From Acidimicrobiia bacterium (GTDB taxonomy: Bacteria; Actinomycetota; Acidimicrobiia; Spongiisociales; UBA5794), in the NCBI GenBank assembly GCA_041608535.1, contig JBFISM010000001.1, positions 30,139-94,138 on the forward strand: a stretch of 64,000 nt of DNA. Reading direction: 5' to 3'. A program made the position numbers and the translations under genes. Positions 19,278 through 29,639 of the stretch are shown one piece after another (the first letter of the stretch is position 1; the number at the start of each line of letters is the position of its first letter). The notes beneath the pieces were generated by a model. It was not told where the DNA came from. It saw only the letters and a program-made list of their open reading frames with translations, and ran no database searches.

Positions 19278-21011
19278 ATGGATGACCACGGGAGGGCACA
19301 CCGGATGATCGAGTTGATCCGCAACTCGGTGATCGGTGACGATCACGCCGTTCCCGGACCGTTCGGCCCGCATCGGGTGACCTATGCCGACTACACCGCC
19401 TCGGGGCGCGCCCTGAGCTTCATCGAGGACTACGTCCACGACGTCGTGTTGCCCCTGTACGCCAACACGCACACCGAATCGTCGGGAACCGGGCTGCAGA
19501 CGACCCGGTTCCGCGAGGAGGCGCGCAACATCGTCCGGCGCAGCCTCGGTGCATCGGACGAGCACGCGGTCCTGTTCTGCGGCAGCGGATCGACGGCCGC
19601 GATCGACCGGTTGATCAACGTGCTCGGACTGCGCCTGCCGTGCACATTGGAGGACACCTACCGCCTGTCGGATCACATCCCCCCGAGCCAGCGTCCCGTG
19701 GTGTTCATCGGCCCCTACGAGCACCACTCCAATGAGCTTCCGTGGCGCGAGTCGATCGCCGACGTAGTCACGATCGCGGAGGATGCCGACGGCCACATCG
19801 ACCTCGATCACCTGGACAAGGAGCTGGAGCTGTACGCCGACCGGCCGCTCAAGATCGGGTCGTTCTCCGCCGCCAGCAACGTGACCGGAATCCTGTCAGA
19901 CGTTCGCGCCACCTCCATCCTGCTGCATCGCCACGGTGCGCTCTCGTTCTGGGACTATGCGGCTGCTGCTCCGTACGTCGACATTGCGATGAGCCCCGAC
20001 GACGATGGGATCGACGGCCATCTCGCCTACCTCGATGCAGTGTTCATCTCGCCACACAAGCTCATCGGAGGACCGGGCACACCCGGGGTCCTCGTCGCCC
20101 GCAAGGAGCTGTTCACCAACAGGGTCCCTGCGGTGCCCGGCGGCGGCACCGTCGCCTACGTGAATCCATTCGAGCATCGCTACCTGGAAGACATCGAGCA
20201 CCGCGAGGAAGGCGGCACCCCGAACATCGTCGGGGCAATCCGCACGGGTCTCGTCTTCCAGCTCAAGCACGCTGTCGGCGTCGATGCGATACGAGAACGC
20301 GAAGAGCACTTCATCCACCGCGCCATCGAACGCTGGGACCGGCATCCCAACGTCGAGATTCTGGGAAACCGACAGGCCGAGCGGCTGTCGATCGTCTCGT
20401 TCGTGGTACGCCACGGCGCCCGCCATCTCCATCACAATTTCGTGGTGGCGGTGCTCAACGATCTGTTCGGAATCCAGAGCCGAGGTGGATGCTCCTGCGC
20501 CGGACCGTACGGCCACCGGCTTCTCGGCATCGATCTCGAGACGTCGCACGAGTTCGAACGAGAGATCGCCCGGGGGTGCGAAGGGATCAAGCCCGGCTGG
20601 GTGCGGGTCAACTTCAACTACTTCATCTCCGAGGCAGTCTTCGAGTTCATCCTGGAGGCCGTCGAGATCGTGGCCGACGAGGGATGGCGGCTCCTGCCGT
20701 TCTACCGCTTCGAGCCGGAGACGGGACTGTGGCGGCATCGCAAGCCGCTGGCGGACCCTCCGCGCAGCCTCGAGGACGTGGACTACTCGGCAGGCGCCAT
20801 GCGCTACCGGATCGATGCGGCGCCGCTCATCCACGGAGACGATGTGCTGGCTCGTTACCTGGAGGATGGGCGAAAGCTCCTCGACGGTCTCCGCAACACT
20901 CCGCCGCCGCCCGCCGGTGAGGTGTTGATGGTCACCGAGGACTTCGAGCATCTGCGGTGGTTCCCCTTGCCCTCAGAGGCGACCGAGCCGGCTCCTCGAG
21001 ACAGCAACTGA
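19278..21011 (+). CDS. aminotransferase class V-fold PLP-dependent enzyme (577 aa)
   Basis: class-V fold regions (SFSAASNVTGI, FISPHKLIGGPG) ; long C-terminal extension. Confidence 0.75.
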   Translation: MDDHGRAHRMIELIRNSVIGDDHAVPGPFGPHRVTYADYTASGRALSFIEDYVHDVVLPLYANTHTESSGTGLQTTRFREEARNIVRRSLGASDEHAVLFCGSGSTAAIDRLINVLGLRLPCTLEDTYRLSDHIPPSQRPVVFIGPYEHHSNELPWRESIADVVTIAEDADGHIDLDHLDKELELYADRPLKIGSFSAASNVTGILSDVRATSILLHRHGALSFWDYAAAAPYVDIAMSPDDDGIDGHLAYLDAVFISPHKLIGGPGTPGVLVARKELFTNRVPAVPGGGTVAYVNPFEHRYLEDIEHREEGGTPNIVGAIRTGLVFQLKHAVGVDAIREREEHFIHRAIERWDRHPNVEILGNRQAERLSIVSFVVRHGARHLHHNFVVAVLNDLFGIQSRGGCSCAGPYGHRLLGIDLETSHEFEREIARGCEGIKPGWVRVNFNYFISEAVFEFILEAVEIVADEGWRLLPFYRFEPETGLWRHRKPLADPPRSLEDVDYSAGAMRYRIDAAPLIHGDDVLARYLEDGRKLLDGLRNTPPPPAGEVLMVTEDFEHLRWFPLPSEATEPAPRDSN

Positions 21012-21051
21012 CGACCCCGGGGGCGCTGGCGCCCCGAACACAGGAGGTGCC

Positions 21052-21981
21052 ATGCGAGCCATCGACCACCCCGCCGACGTGGCGACGTCGCCCCAACCCG
21101 ATGGAGCGGCCCCAGCTCGCTTGAAATACCGATTCCTCCTCATCCCGCCATTCCGGCTGCCCACGGAGACGGAGTGGGGCTATCAGACCCTCCACTTCGA
21201 CAAGGAGCTGCCCAAGGAAGAGCGGCTGATGAACGCACAGATGACGATGCCGTTTCTCCAGGACGTCGATTGGGACCTCCATCCCGGTGCCGAGCCCAGC
21301 TACGGCGACTGGCCGGTGGAGACCCGGGAGGAGTTCGCCTATGCGGCCAATGCCCGCCTGGTCAACATCCGGGAGGCCTGCGAGAGCGGGCACTACAACG
21401 GAATCGTGCTGCTCGGCGGCGGGGAGCCCGGGTTCCTGGAGGCGCGTGAGCTGTGCCGCAGCTTCGGCATCGTTTGCACCGCCAACGGCCACTCACAGAT
21501 GTATCTGGCCACCATGCTGGGGAACAAGTTCTCGGTGATCGACATCGCCGGGGTGCACAACGTGTACTACCGAGATCTCATCTACCAGCACCAGCTCCAG
21601 GATCGTTGCGCCAGCATCCGCAACATCGGCATGCGTCTGCCCCGACCCGGCGGAGACGGCGGCCCCCAGCTCAAGGCAGAGAGGGAGAAAGCGCTCGCCG
21701 GTGAGCAGTCGATCGCGGTGGACAACGCCATCGAACAGGCCGAGCTGGCATTGCTGGAAGACGGTGCCGAGGTCATCACTCTCGGTTGCTCGGGAGTCTT
21801 CTGGCTGCAGCCGTTCATCGCCAAGGGGCTGGCCGACCGGGGCTGGGAGGTGCCCGTGCTCGAGGGCTACTCGGCGTCGATCCTGCTGGCCAAGCTGTTC
21901 ATCGATCTCGGGGTGAACGCATCGGGTATCACCTACATGGGCGACCATCCGCGGCGGAGGCCCGGCAAGATCGTGATGTGA
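21052..21981 (+). CDS. hypothetical protein, possibly Asp/Glu/hydantoin racemase superfamily
   Basis: 309 aa protein-like ORF with two Cys-containing segments (CTANGHS, LGCSGVFW) reminiscent of racemase superfamily; assignment weak. Confidence 0.45.
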   Translation: MRAIDHPADVATSPQPDGAAPARLKYRFLLIPPFRLPTETEWGYQTLHFDKELPKEERLMNAQMTMPFLQDVDWDLHPGAEPSYGDWPVETREEFAYAANARLVNIREACESGHYNGIVLLGGGEPGFLEARELCRSFGIVCTANGHSQMYLATMLGNKFSVIDIAGVHNVYYRDLIYQHQLQDRCASIRNIGMRLPRPGGDGGPQLKAEREKALAGEQSIAVDNAIEQAELALLEDGAEVITLGCSGVFWLQPFIAKGLADRGWEVPVLEGYSASILLAKLFIDLGVNASGITYMGDHPRRRPGKIVM

Positions 21982-22070
21982 GATAGCTCAGCCACCTCTT
22001 CGCCGGTGGCATTCTTCGTTTCCCCCGGCGACCACCCGGGTAAGTCCCATCCCGACTCCGCAAAGGACGA

Positions 22071-22283
22071 GTGATGGCCCTACCGATGAGTGATCTCCTC
22101 AACCTCGGCCCCATGCTGGACGACGAGAATCGATCCGGGTCCAGCGATGCTGCGGTCGCATGCTATGTCCACGGTCTGGCTCATCTCATCGATGAGCTCG
22201 GCATGGAGGCAGCACTCGAATGTGCCGCAGGGGCGTTGCTGGCGATTGCCGCCGAGGAGACCGACCTCCTGTCGACACGATGA
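22071..22283 (+). CDS. small hypothetical protein (70 aa)
   Basis: AAGGA RBS before ATG; stop overlaps start of next gene (ATGA at 22280) suggesting translational coupling. Confidence 0.4.
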   Translation: MMALPMSDLLNLGPMLDDENRSGSSDAAVACYVHGLAHLIDELGMEAALECAAGALLAIAAEETDLLSTR

Positions 22284-22765
22284 TCCCCACCCAGCCGAAT
22301 CGAGCTCAGAACGACACTGGAGCCGCGGTCGACGACGAATTTCGCGCCTTGCTCGAAGGGCTCCGCACCACGCTCCCCGGGGTCCAGGTCCTGTTCGCAT
22401 TCCTGCTCGCCCTACCCCTGCAGTCGGCATTTGCCGAACTCGCCGGCCCTCCCCGCAGCGCCTACTACGTGGCATTGTACAGCTCCGCCCTGGCCTCGGT
22501 GCTGCTGATCGCACCGAGCGCCCATCAGCGGTTGCGCGCCCCGCACAGCGGGGTTCGCCGTCGCTCCGACGATCACCTCACAACGGCCGTGCGGATGACG
22601 ATCGGCGGGACGATCTTGTTCCTCATCGCGCTGTCCGCTTCCGTCTATCTCGTATCCGACGTGATGCTTCCCCGCAGTGCAGCAATTGCCGCCACCGCGG
22701 TCGTAGCGATGCTGGCCGCCTGGTCGTGGTTCTACGTCCCGCTGGTCAGCTTCCGCCGGCGTTGA
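22280..22765 (+). CDS. DUF6328-like membrane protein
   Basis: N-terminal motif LRTTLPGVQVLFAFLLALPLQ and 3 TM helices; start at MIPTQPNRAQ (ORF-track upstream is artefact). Confidence 0.65.
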   Translation: MIPTQPNRAQNDTGAAVDDEFRALLEGLRTTLPGVQVLFAFLLALPLQSAFAELAGPPRSAYYVALYSSALASVLLIAPSAHQRLRAPHSGVRRRSDDHLTTAVRMTIGGTILFLIALSASVYLVSDVMLPRSAAIAATAVVAMLAAWSWFYVPLVSFRRR

Positions 22766-23183
22766 CCTCGTTTCCGAAGCGCCATGTCTGGATCATGGCC
22801 GGTTCCGGTTCCCCAGCCCCGGCTGCCCGGTAGGTGGCGGTGGCAGCCGTGTTGTCGGGTTCGAGAGGGACCCACATCCCCCGACATCCCATCTCGATCG
22901 CATGGTCACGGAGAGCGGCGGTGAGTGCGGTTCCTATACCGCGACCCCGGAACGGTTCGTCGACGCCGAGCTCGTAGAGGAGCATCTCAACCGGTTTGTC
23001 CGGGTGGGAGACTTCCATCCCGCTGACGAAGCCCGCCGGAGCGGTGTCGACGAGCGCCATGAGCAGGTGATTGCTCCGTTGGGAGAGGAATCGTTCGACC
23101 CAGCTTGCGCGTGGCGGGCCATCGAACACGCCGGCGCCGAGCACGATGGCTGCATCGTCGGGTCCCATCCTTCGAATCTCCAT
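22746..23183 (-). CDS. GNAT family N-acetyltransferase
   Basis: GNAT motif FRGRGIGTALTAAL; 145 aa. Confidence 0.75.
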   Translation of the reverse strand: MEIRRMGPDDAAIVLGAGVFDGPPRASWVERFLSQRSNHLLMALVDTAPAGFVSGMEVSHPDKPVEMLLYELGVDEPFRGRGIGTALTAALRDHAIEMGCRGMWVPLEPDNTAATATYRAAGAGEPEPAMIQTWRFGNEVNAGGS

Positions 23184-23260
23184 GGCTTCTCCCTGTTCTC
23201 CTCACCGCATCGAGGCTAACCCGGGCTGCCTGGAGCGTCGGGTAGGTAGCCTCGTCGTCG

Positions 23261-24346
23261 ATGACGAAGATCGACCGGGTCGAGATCGTGCCCGGGCAAC
23301 TTCCGCTGACCACCCCGATCACGAGTGCGCTGGGCCGCTACACCCACGTCGATCTCGTCATCGTTCGGTTGCGAACCATCGATGGCATCGTCGGCACCGG
23401 CTTCACCGCATGTCTCGGTGGCGCTGCGGCCACCGCCGTCGCCGCCTACATCGAGCACGAGCTGCGACCGCTCATCCTCGACGCAGACGTCTCCGACCCG
23501 GATGCCGTGTGGCATGGCCTGTGGGCAGCCAACAAAGCTCGGCTGCGCGGTGGAATCGGCACGTGGGGTCTCTCGGCAGTCGATGTGGCGGTATGGGACG
23601 CCGCGGCGCAGTCCGCCGGCCAGCCGCTCGTCACGTTCCTGGGTGGCGAGCCCGGTGCGGTGCCGGTCTACGGCAGCGGCGGATGGCACAGCCTCGGTGA
23701 TACCGAGCTCGTGGCCGAAGCCGAGGCCTTTCATGCGCTGGGAATCACCGCGTACAAGTTCAAAACGGGGACGGAGCGGGATGCGGAGCGGACTGCCCTC
23801 TTGCGCGAGACGCTCGGCGACGACATGACGCTGCTCGCCGACGCCAACCAACGGTTCACCGCCGCTGCGGCCATCACCCACGCCGCAATGCTGGCGGATC
23901 ACGGCGTCGGCTGGCTGGAGGAGCCGGTGGTGTCCGGCAGCCTGAGCCAGCTGCGCGCCGTCGCCGCCGCTTCGGCTGTGCCCATCGCCACCGGGGAGAA
24001 CGCCTACCTGCAGTGGGAATTCGAGGACATCGCCGCATGTGGGGTGAAGTACTTGCAGCCGGACGTCGGCAGGGTAGGCGGTGTGACAGCTTTCCGCAGG
24101 GTGGCGGCAATCGCCGAAGAGCGAGGGGTCGCACTCTCGAGCCATCTGTGGCACGAGATCTCCATCAGCGTGCTCGGCTCCTCCCGAGCCGCATATCGCT
24201 GCGAGTACGCCGAACTCTGGCCTGGTGATGTGCTCACCCGCGACTTCACCGTCGTGGACGGTTGTATTCGGATCCCGGACGTGCCGGGCCACGGCGTCGA
24301 GTTCTCCCCGGCCGCCCTCGAATGGTTCCGGGGTCGTGCCAAGTGA
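23261..24346 (+). CDS. mandelate racemase/muconate lactonizing enzyme family protein (enolase superfamily)
   Basis: N-terminal capping domain plus barrel with metal ligands (LLADANQRF, EEP, acid/base Lys region KFK); 361 aa. Confidence 0.8.
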   Translation: MTKIDRVEIVPGQLPLTTPITSALGRYTHVDLVIVRLRTIDGIVGTGFTACLGGAAATAVAAYIEHELRPLILDADVSDPDAVWHGLWAANKARLRGGIGTWGLSAVDVAVWDAAAQSAGQPLVTFLGGEPGAVPVYGSGGWHSLGDTELVAEAEAFHALGITAYKFKTGTERDAERTALLRETLGDDMTLLADANQRFTAAAAITHAAMLADHGVGWLEEPVVSGSLSQLRAVAAASAVPIATGENAYLQWEFEDIAACGVKYLQPDVGRVGGVTAFRRVAAIAEERGVALSSHLWHEISISVLGSSRAAYRCEYAELWPGDVLTRDFTVVDGCIRIPDVPGHGVEFSPAALEWFRGRAK

Positions 24347-24422
24347 GGCGCGGCCCGGCGGCCGGCATCGTCGGTTCGACCGGCCGGTAACCTCGATCGC
24401 ACGTCTACGACAGGAGCATGCG

Positions 24423-25442
24423 GTGGCGACGTCCGTTCTCGAGCTGGTCGAGCAAGGCTTGCCGTGGGCCGGAGTCGACCCTTTCATCTTCACCGTGCAC
24501 CACGTCGACCACTACCCACCCGGCTCGGATGATCTCGGCCCGGCCGCGTCGCTCGAGGGCAGGAACATCGGATCGGATTTCTCCTACCGCGACGGCTGGA
24601 GCATGTATCACGGTGACCGGGTCCCCGGATTCCCGCAACATCCGCACCGGGGTTTCGAGACAGTGACCGTGGTGCGCCGCGGTTACGTGGATCACTCCGA
24701 CTCGCTGGGAGCCACCGCCCGCTACGGCGGTGGAGACACCCAGTGGCTCACCACCGGCTCCGGCATCATGCATGCGGAGATGTTCCCGCTGCTCCGAACC
24801 GATGGCTCCAACCCACTCGAGCTCTTTCAGATCTGGCTCAATCTGCCACCGGAGACGAAAATGGTGCCGGCCCACTTTGCGATCCTGTGGAGCGAGGAGA
24901 TCCCGGTCGTGGCGCCGGCAGCGGGGGTGACCGTGGAAGTGGTCGCCGGATCGCTCGAGGGCGCCGCAGCCCCGGCTCCTCCCCCGGATTCGTGGGCGTC
25001 GCAAAACGGCTCCGCCGTAGCCATCTGGGTGATCCAGCTCGACAGATCAGCTTCCTGGACGATCCCCGCAGCGCCTGCCGGGGTGACCCGGATGCTCCAT
25101 TTTGCCGCCGGGGAAACGGTGACCGTCGACGGCCACACTCTCGACCGCCGGGTGGGCGCCCGGCTCGATCCGGAGGTGCCCGCCGCCCTGAGCAACACCG
25201 GAGACCCCGCCGAGCTGCTCCTGCTCCAGGGCCGCCCGATCGGAGCCCCCGTGTTCCAGATGGGTCCGTTCGTCATGAACACACCTGAAGAGCTGCAGCA
25301 GGCGTTCATCGACTATCGAACCACACAGTTCGGTGGCTGGCCCTGGCCGAGCCGCAGTCACGTCCACCCCCGAAGCGAGGGTCGGTTTGCGGTGCACGTC
25401 GATGGCTCTGTGGAGCGACGCGACATGCAGCCCGTCACCTGA
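24423..25442 (+). CDS. pirin family protein (quercetin 2,3-dioxygenase-like bicupin)
   Basis: pirin motif PQHPHRGFETVT with cupin His ligands; GTG start at 24423 with GGAG 7 nt upstream; ORF-track N-terminus overlaps preceding gene and is artefact. Confidence 0.75.
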   Translation: MATSVLELVEQGLPWAGVDPFIFTVHHVDHYPPGSDDLGPAASLEGRNIGSDFSYRDGWSMYHGDRVPGFPQHPHRGFETVTVVRRGYVDHSDSLGATARYGGGDTQWLTTGSGIMHAEMFPLLRTDGSNPLELFQIWLNLPPETKMVPAHFAILWSEEIPVVAPAAGVTVEVVAGSLEGAAAPAPPPDSWASQNGSAVAIWVIQLDRSASWTIPAAPAGVTRMLHFAAGETVTVDGHTLDRRVGARLDPEVPAALSNTGDPAELLLLQGRPIGAPVFQMGPFVMNTPEELQQAFIDYRTTQFGGWPWPSRSHVHPRSEGRFAVHVDGSVERRDMQPVT

Positions 25443-25524
25443 TACGTCACATGACGAGAGGTGGCCCCTACCCGGCAACGGCGCCGCAGCCGGCTAACGT
25501 CGCACTGCCCGTGTTGGCTCGCAG

Positions 25525-26748
25525 GTGGGGATGGCCATGAGCTTCGTGACGCATCTCGAAGCCGCGATCGACGGCACCGTCGTCCCTCACGACCGCCTGC
25601 AGTCCTTGCACGCCGGCCGCCCCCTCTGGGTGCGCTACGACCTCGATGCCGTTGGCCGAGTGATGACAAAGGAGGCAGTGGCGCGGCGGGCTCCGTCCAT
25701 GTGGCGATACCGCGAGCTGTTGCCCGTCGAGGACCCGACGAAGATCGCAACGCTCGGGGAGGGGATGACGCCCCTGCTGGAATGCCCCCGGTTGGGCGAC
25801 GCCCTCGGGATGCGCCATCTCTGGGTCAAGGACGAGTCGCAGCTTCCGACCGGATCGTTCAAGAGCCGGGGGCTGGCGGTGGCAGTGAGCCGGGCCCACG
25901 AGCTGGGAGCGCAACGGCTGGCGATCCCCACGGCCGGCAATGCCGGTGGCGCACTCGCCGCCTACGCAGCTCGGGTGGGGCTCCCAGCGTACGTGTTCAT
26001 GCCGACGGACACGCCGATCGTCAATCAGTACGAGGCGGCGTTCTACGGCGCAGCTGCGTACCTCGTCGATGGCCTCATCACCGACTGCGGAGCGCTGGTC
26101 CGAGAGGGCACACCACACATGGGTTGGTTCGACGTATCGACGCTGAAGGAACCGTATCGCATCGAGGGCAAGAAGACGATGGGGTTGGAGCTGGCGGAGC
26201 AGCTCGGTTGGAAGCTGCCCGACGTGATCCTCTACCCCACGGGAGGCGGCACCGGTCTCATCGGGATGTGGAAGGCGTTTGCGGAGCTCGCAGAGATCGG
26301 GTGGTTGGAGAGCAACACCATGCCGCGCATGATCTCCTGCCAGTCGGATGGATGCGCTCCGATCAGCACCGCATGGGAGCGGGGAGAGCGCTTCGCCGAG
26401 CCGTTTCCCAATGCAGAGACGGCAGCCAGCGGACTTCGCGTCCCGTCAGCGGTTGGCGACTTCATGATCCTCGATGCCGTCTACCAATCCGGGGGTCAAG
26501 CCCGCTCGTATCCCGAAGCCGAGTTGCTGGCTTGGGCCCAGCGGGCATCTGCGCTCGAAGGCATCGGTTTCGCACCGGAGACGGGAGCATGCCTCGGTGT
26601 GTTGGAGACACTGCTCGCCGAGGAGGTGGTGTCCCCGGAGGAGCGAGTGGTCATCTTCAACACGGGCGCCGCACAGAAGTACGTCGAAGTGATGGGAGCC
26701 GTCCCACTGCGCAAGCTCGAGCGCCCCATCGACTGGTCGACTCTGTGA
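25525..26748 (+). CDS. thrC: threonine synthase family PLP-dependent enzyme
   Basis: PLP-lysine motif TGSFKSRG, fold-type II regions; 407 aa. Confidence 0.7.
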   Translation: MGMAMSFVTHLEAAIDGTVVPHDRLQSLHAGRPLWVRYDLDAVGRVMTKEAVARRAPSMWRYRELLPVEDPTKIATLGEGMTPLLECPRLGDALGMRHLWVKDESQLPTGSFKSRGLAVAVSRAHELGAQRLAIPTAGNAGGALAAYAARVGLPAYVFMPTDTPIVNQYEAAFYGAAAYLVDGLITDCGALVREGTPHMGWFDVSTLKEPYRIEGKKTMGLELAEQLGWKLPDVILYPTGGGTGLIGMWKAFAELAEIGWLESNTMPRMISCQSDGCAPISTAWERGERFAEPFPNAETAASGLRVPSAVGDFMILDAVYQSGGQARSYPEAELLAWAQRASALEGIGFAPETGACLGVLETLLAEEVVSPEERVVIFNTGAAQKYVEVMGAVPLRKLERPIDWSTL

Positions 26749-26823
26749 GACCCACCGAGCCGTCACCGCGGCGGCCGGCTGGACAGGTCATTCGGTGGGT
26801 TGGCGGCGGCGCAGGGAGGCGGA

Positions 26824-28308
26824 ATGAGTGAGGGTGGCGTGCTGAGCAAGCTCGTGGACCGCGACTTGCTGCGCAGCGACGGATACATCGACGGCACCTG
26901 GGAGCCCGCCGATTTTGGAGACCGCTTCGACGTGGTCGACCCTGCTACCGGCGATGTCATTGCGGCCGTGGCAGACATGGGGACGAGCGAGACGAGCCGG
27001 GCCATAGCGGCTGCGGAGAGGGCGCTGTCCCCCTGGGCCGCCCTCACCGGCAAGCAGCGCTCGTCGATCCTCCGCCGCTGGTACGAGCTCATGGTGGACC
27101 ATGCCGACGACCTGGGTCTGATCGTGACCGCCGAGATGGGCAAACCCCTCGCCGAGGGACGTGGCGAAGTGGTCTTCGGAGCCAACTACGTGGAGTGGTT
27201 CGCCGAGGAGGCAAAACGCGCCTACGGCCAGGTGATCCCGCAGCATGACCCCAACCTGCGCCTGGTGGTCATCAAGCAGCCGATCGGCGTGGTTGCGGCC
27301 ATAACGCCGTGGAACTTCCCGTCGTCGACGATGGCGAGAAAGGTGGCCCCAGCTCTCGCCGCCGGCTGCACGGTCGTCGCCAAACCCGCACAGGACACTC
27401 CGCTGTCGTCGCTGGCGCTCGCCGAACTGGCGGGACGAGCTGGTATTCCCCCGGGCGTGTTCAACATCGTGACCGCCCTCGATCCTCGCGAGATCGGGGC
27501 GGAGCTCACCTCCAACCCGGCCGTCAAGAAGATCTCTTTCACCGGGAGCACCCCAGTGGGCAAGCTGCTCATGCGCCAGGGTGCCGACACCGTCAAGAAG
27601 GTTGGCTTGGAGCTCGGCGGCAACGCTCCGTTCATCGTCTTCGACGACGCCGACGTCGAGCAGGCCGTGCCCCAGGCGATCATCGCCAAGTACCGCAACG
27701 GCGGGCAGACCTGCATCTGCGCCAACCGCGTCTTCGTCCAGGACGGTATCTACGACGAGTTCGTCGAGGGCTTCACGGCAGCCGCGAGCCGCCTCCGCGT
27801 CGGACCGGGGGTGTCGACGGCGCCCGACATCGGCCCGCTCATCAACCGGGCGGCGCTGGACAAAGTGACTCGCCTCGTCGAGGACGCCGTGTCGCGAGGT
27901 GCGACGGTCGACCTGGGCGGGTCGCTTCACCAGCTGGGGGGCACCTTCTACCAGCCGACGGTGGTCACGGATGTCACCGCCGACATGCCGATCGCCACCG
28001 AGGAGGTGTTCGGCCCCGTGGCGACGATCTTTCGCTTCGGTAGCGACGACGAGGTGATCGAACTGGCCAACGACACTCCGTACGGTCTGGCTGCGTACTT
28101 CTTCGCCCGCGACGTGGGGCGGATCTGGCGCGTCGGTGAGGCGCTTCAGTACGGCATGGTGGGGATCAACACCGGGTTGCTCATGACCGAGGTGGCGCCA
28201 TTCGGCGGCATCAAGGAATCGGGTATCGGCCGCGAGGGGGCCCACGAGGGTCTCGAGGAGTTCCTCGAGACCAAGTACCTGGCAATGGGTGGAATCGCCT
28301 CAGGGTGA
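26824..28308 (+). CDS. gabD: NAD(P)-dependent succinate-semialdehyde dehydrogenase
   Basis: ALDH superfamily: GGNAP/ELGG region, catalytic Cys in QTCICANRVFV, Glu in LELGG; 494 aa from MSEGG. Confidence 0.8.
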   Translation: MSEGGVLSKLVDRDLLRSDGYIDGTWEPADFGDRFDVVDPATGDVIAAVADMGTSETSRAIAAAERALSPWAALTGKQRSSILRRWYELMVDHADDLGLIVTAEMGKPLAEGRGEVVFGANYVEWFAEEAKRAYGQVIPQHDPNLRLVVIKQPIGVVAAITPWNFPSSTMARKVAPALAAGCTVVAKPAQDTPLSSLALAELAGRAGIPPGVFNIVTALDPREIGAELTSNPAVKKISFTGSTPVGKLLMRQGADTVKKVGLELGGNAPFIVFDDADVEQAVPQAIIAKYRNGGQTCICANRVFVQDGIYDEFVEGFTAAASRLRVGPGVSTAPDIGPLINRAALDKVTRLVEDAVSRGATVDLGGSLHQLGGTFYQPTVVTDVTADMPIATEEVFGPVATIFRFGSDDEVIELANDTPYGLAAYFFARDVGRIWRVGEALQYGMVGINTGLLMTEVAPFGGIKESGIGREGAHEGLEEFLETKYLAMGGIASG

Positions 28309-28338
28309 GTCGCCCCCCACCGGTCACCCATGGAGCCG

Positions 28339-29616
28339 TCATGGGGGTCGAGGCTGGGTAGTGACGGTTTGTCCCAACTTGGTGGTCCAGTGGTGGGTGC
28401 CGTCGGGGAGGCGGGTGTAGGTCCAGCCGTGCTGGTGACGGACGCAATGGTCGTGTCGGCAGAGCGGCGCCATGTCGTCGGGGTTGGTGACACCGGTTGT
28501 GGCGTATGGCGTGGTGTGGTCGAGGTCGGAGCCGATGGCCGGCATGCGGCATCCGGGGAACACACAGGTGCGGTGGCGGGTTTGGATGCGGCGTCGTTGC
28601 GTGAGGGTGGGGCGCCGCCGGGTGGCACCGGTCCCGATGGCATCGCCTGTTGCTGGGTCGGTGATGGTGAAGCGCCATTCGGCATCGGGAGAGTCGCCGG
28701 CGATCTGCCGGGCGATGTCGGCGATGACCGGGCCGTAGCCACCCAAGTCACCACATCGGTCGTCGAGTTCCGCCAGGGTGGCCAAATCCACCCGGAGATC
28801 GATCACCCCACCGCGATCTCTCCCGGTGCCGGTAGTCGACTTGTTCGGTGTGGACGAGTGTCCCTCGAGGAGATCCAAGAACACGTCGGCTCGGAGTTGG
28901 TCGATCGTTCGGGTCTCATCGTGGCGGCGCAGAGACTGCGCGATTCTGTTGATGCGGTCTCGGATACGAGCTACTCGATCCGGGGGCAGATCCCTCCCTG
29001 CGAGATGCACTGTGCCGTCTGGTGATGGGGTGGTCTCGACCCGTCGATCATGGAGGTCGGTGTGGTAGCGGTCCTTGGCATCGTCGGGGTTGGCCTCACA
29101 ACAGAGACGCCGTAACCGGGCACTGATCTGGCCTGTTGTCATCTCGGCGGCGTCGTCGAGGATCTGCGCAACCACCGCTTGCGCTTCGGTCGGCTGCAAA
29201 TGCCCAACGCCGTACATGATGGCTCCGGCGCGTCGCCGATCGATCCGCCCTGCGTGTAACGCGGCCAACACCTCGGGGTGCTCGCTGCCCAAGGCGTCTG
29301 CCATGGTCAGCTCTGCTTCAGCGGCGCGACGCGTGAGGTGTAGCGCCACCCTGATCTCCGCAACCGCCCCCTCACTCGCCGCCGTTGGATTGCGGTCTTC
29401 TGCGGCTACTGCGTCGGCGATGGCGATCATCTGTTCGTACATCTGCGCTTGATGGAACGCAACCTGCCGAGCGTGGTGCTGCAGCAGAGTGACGTGGTCC
29501 AGACCGGTGCGAGGGGTCAGTCCTGACAGCACGATCCCCAAGAACGGCCCCGGTCGCATCGCATCGAGCATCTCTCGGTCGAAGACGTCTGCCGTTGTTT
29601 CTATCGTGTCGAACAT
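28339..29616 (-). CDS. DUF222 + HNH endonuclease domain protein (REP13E12-like family)
   Basis: C-terminal HNH Cys/His cluster (CVFPGC...DLDHTTPY...CRHDHCVRH); start at MFDTIETTADV. Confidence 0.8.
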   Translation of the reverse strand: MFDTIETTADVFDREMLDAMRPGPFLGIVLSGLTPRTGLDHVTLLQHHARQVAFHQAQMYEQMIAIADAVAAEDRNPTAASEGAVAEIRVALHLTRRAAEAELTMADALGSEHPEVLAALHAGRIDRRRAGAIMYGVGHLQPTEAQAVVAQILDDAAEMTTGQISARLRRLCCEANPDDAKDRYHTDLHDRRVETTPSPDGTVHLAGRDLPPDRVARIRDRINRIAQSLRRHDETRTIDQLRADVFLDLLEGHSSTPNKSTTGTGRDRGGVIDLRVDLATLAELDDRCGDLGGYGPVIADIARQIAGDSPDAEWRFTITDPATGDAIGTGATRRRPTLTQRRRIQTRHRTCVFPGCRMPAIGSDLDHTTPYATTGVTNPDDMAPLCRHDHCVRHQHGWTYTRLPDGTHHWTTKLGQTVTTQPRPP

Positions 29617-29639
29617 ACGTTCGTATCGTATCGAACGGG

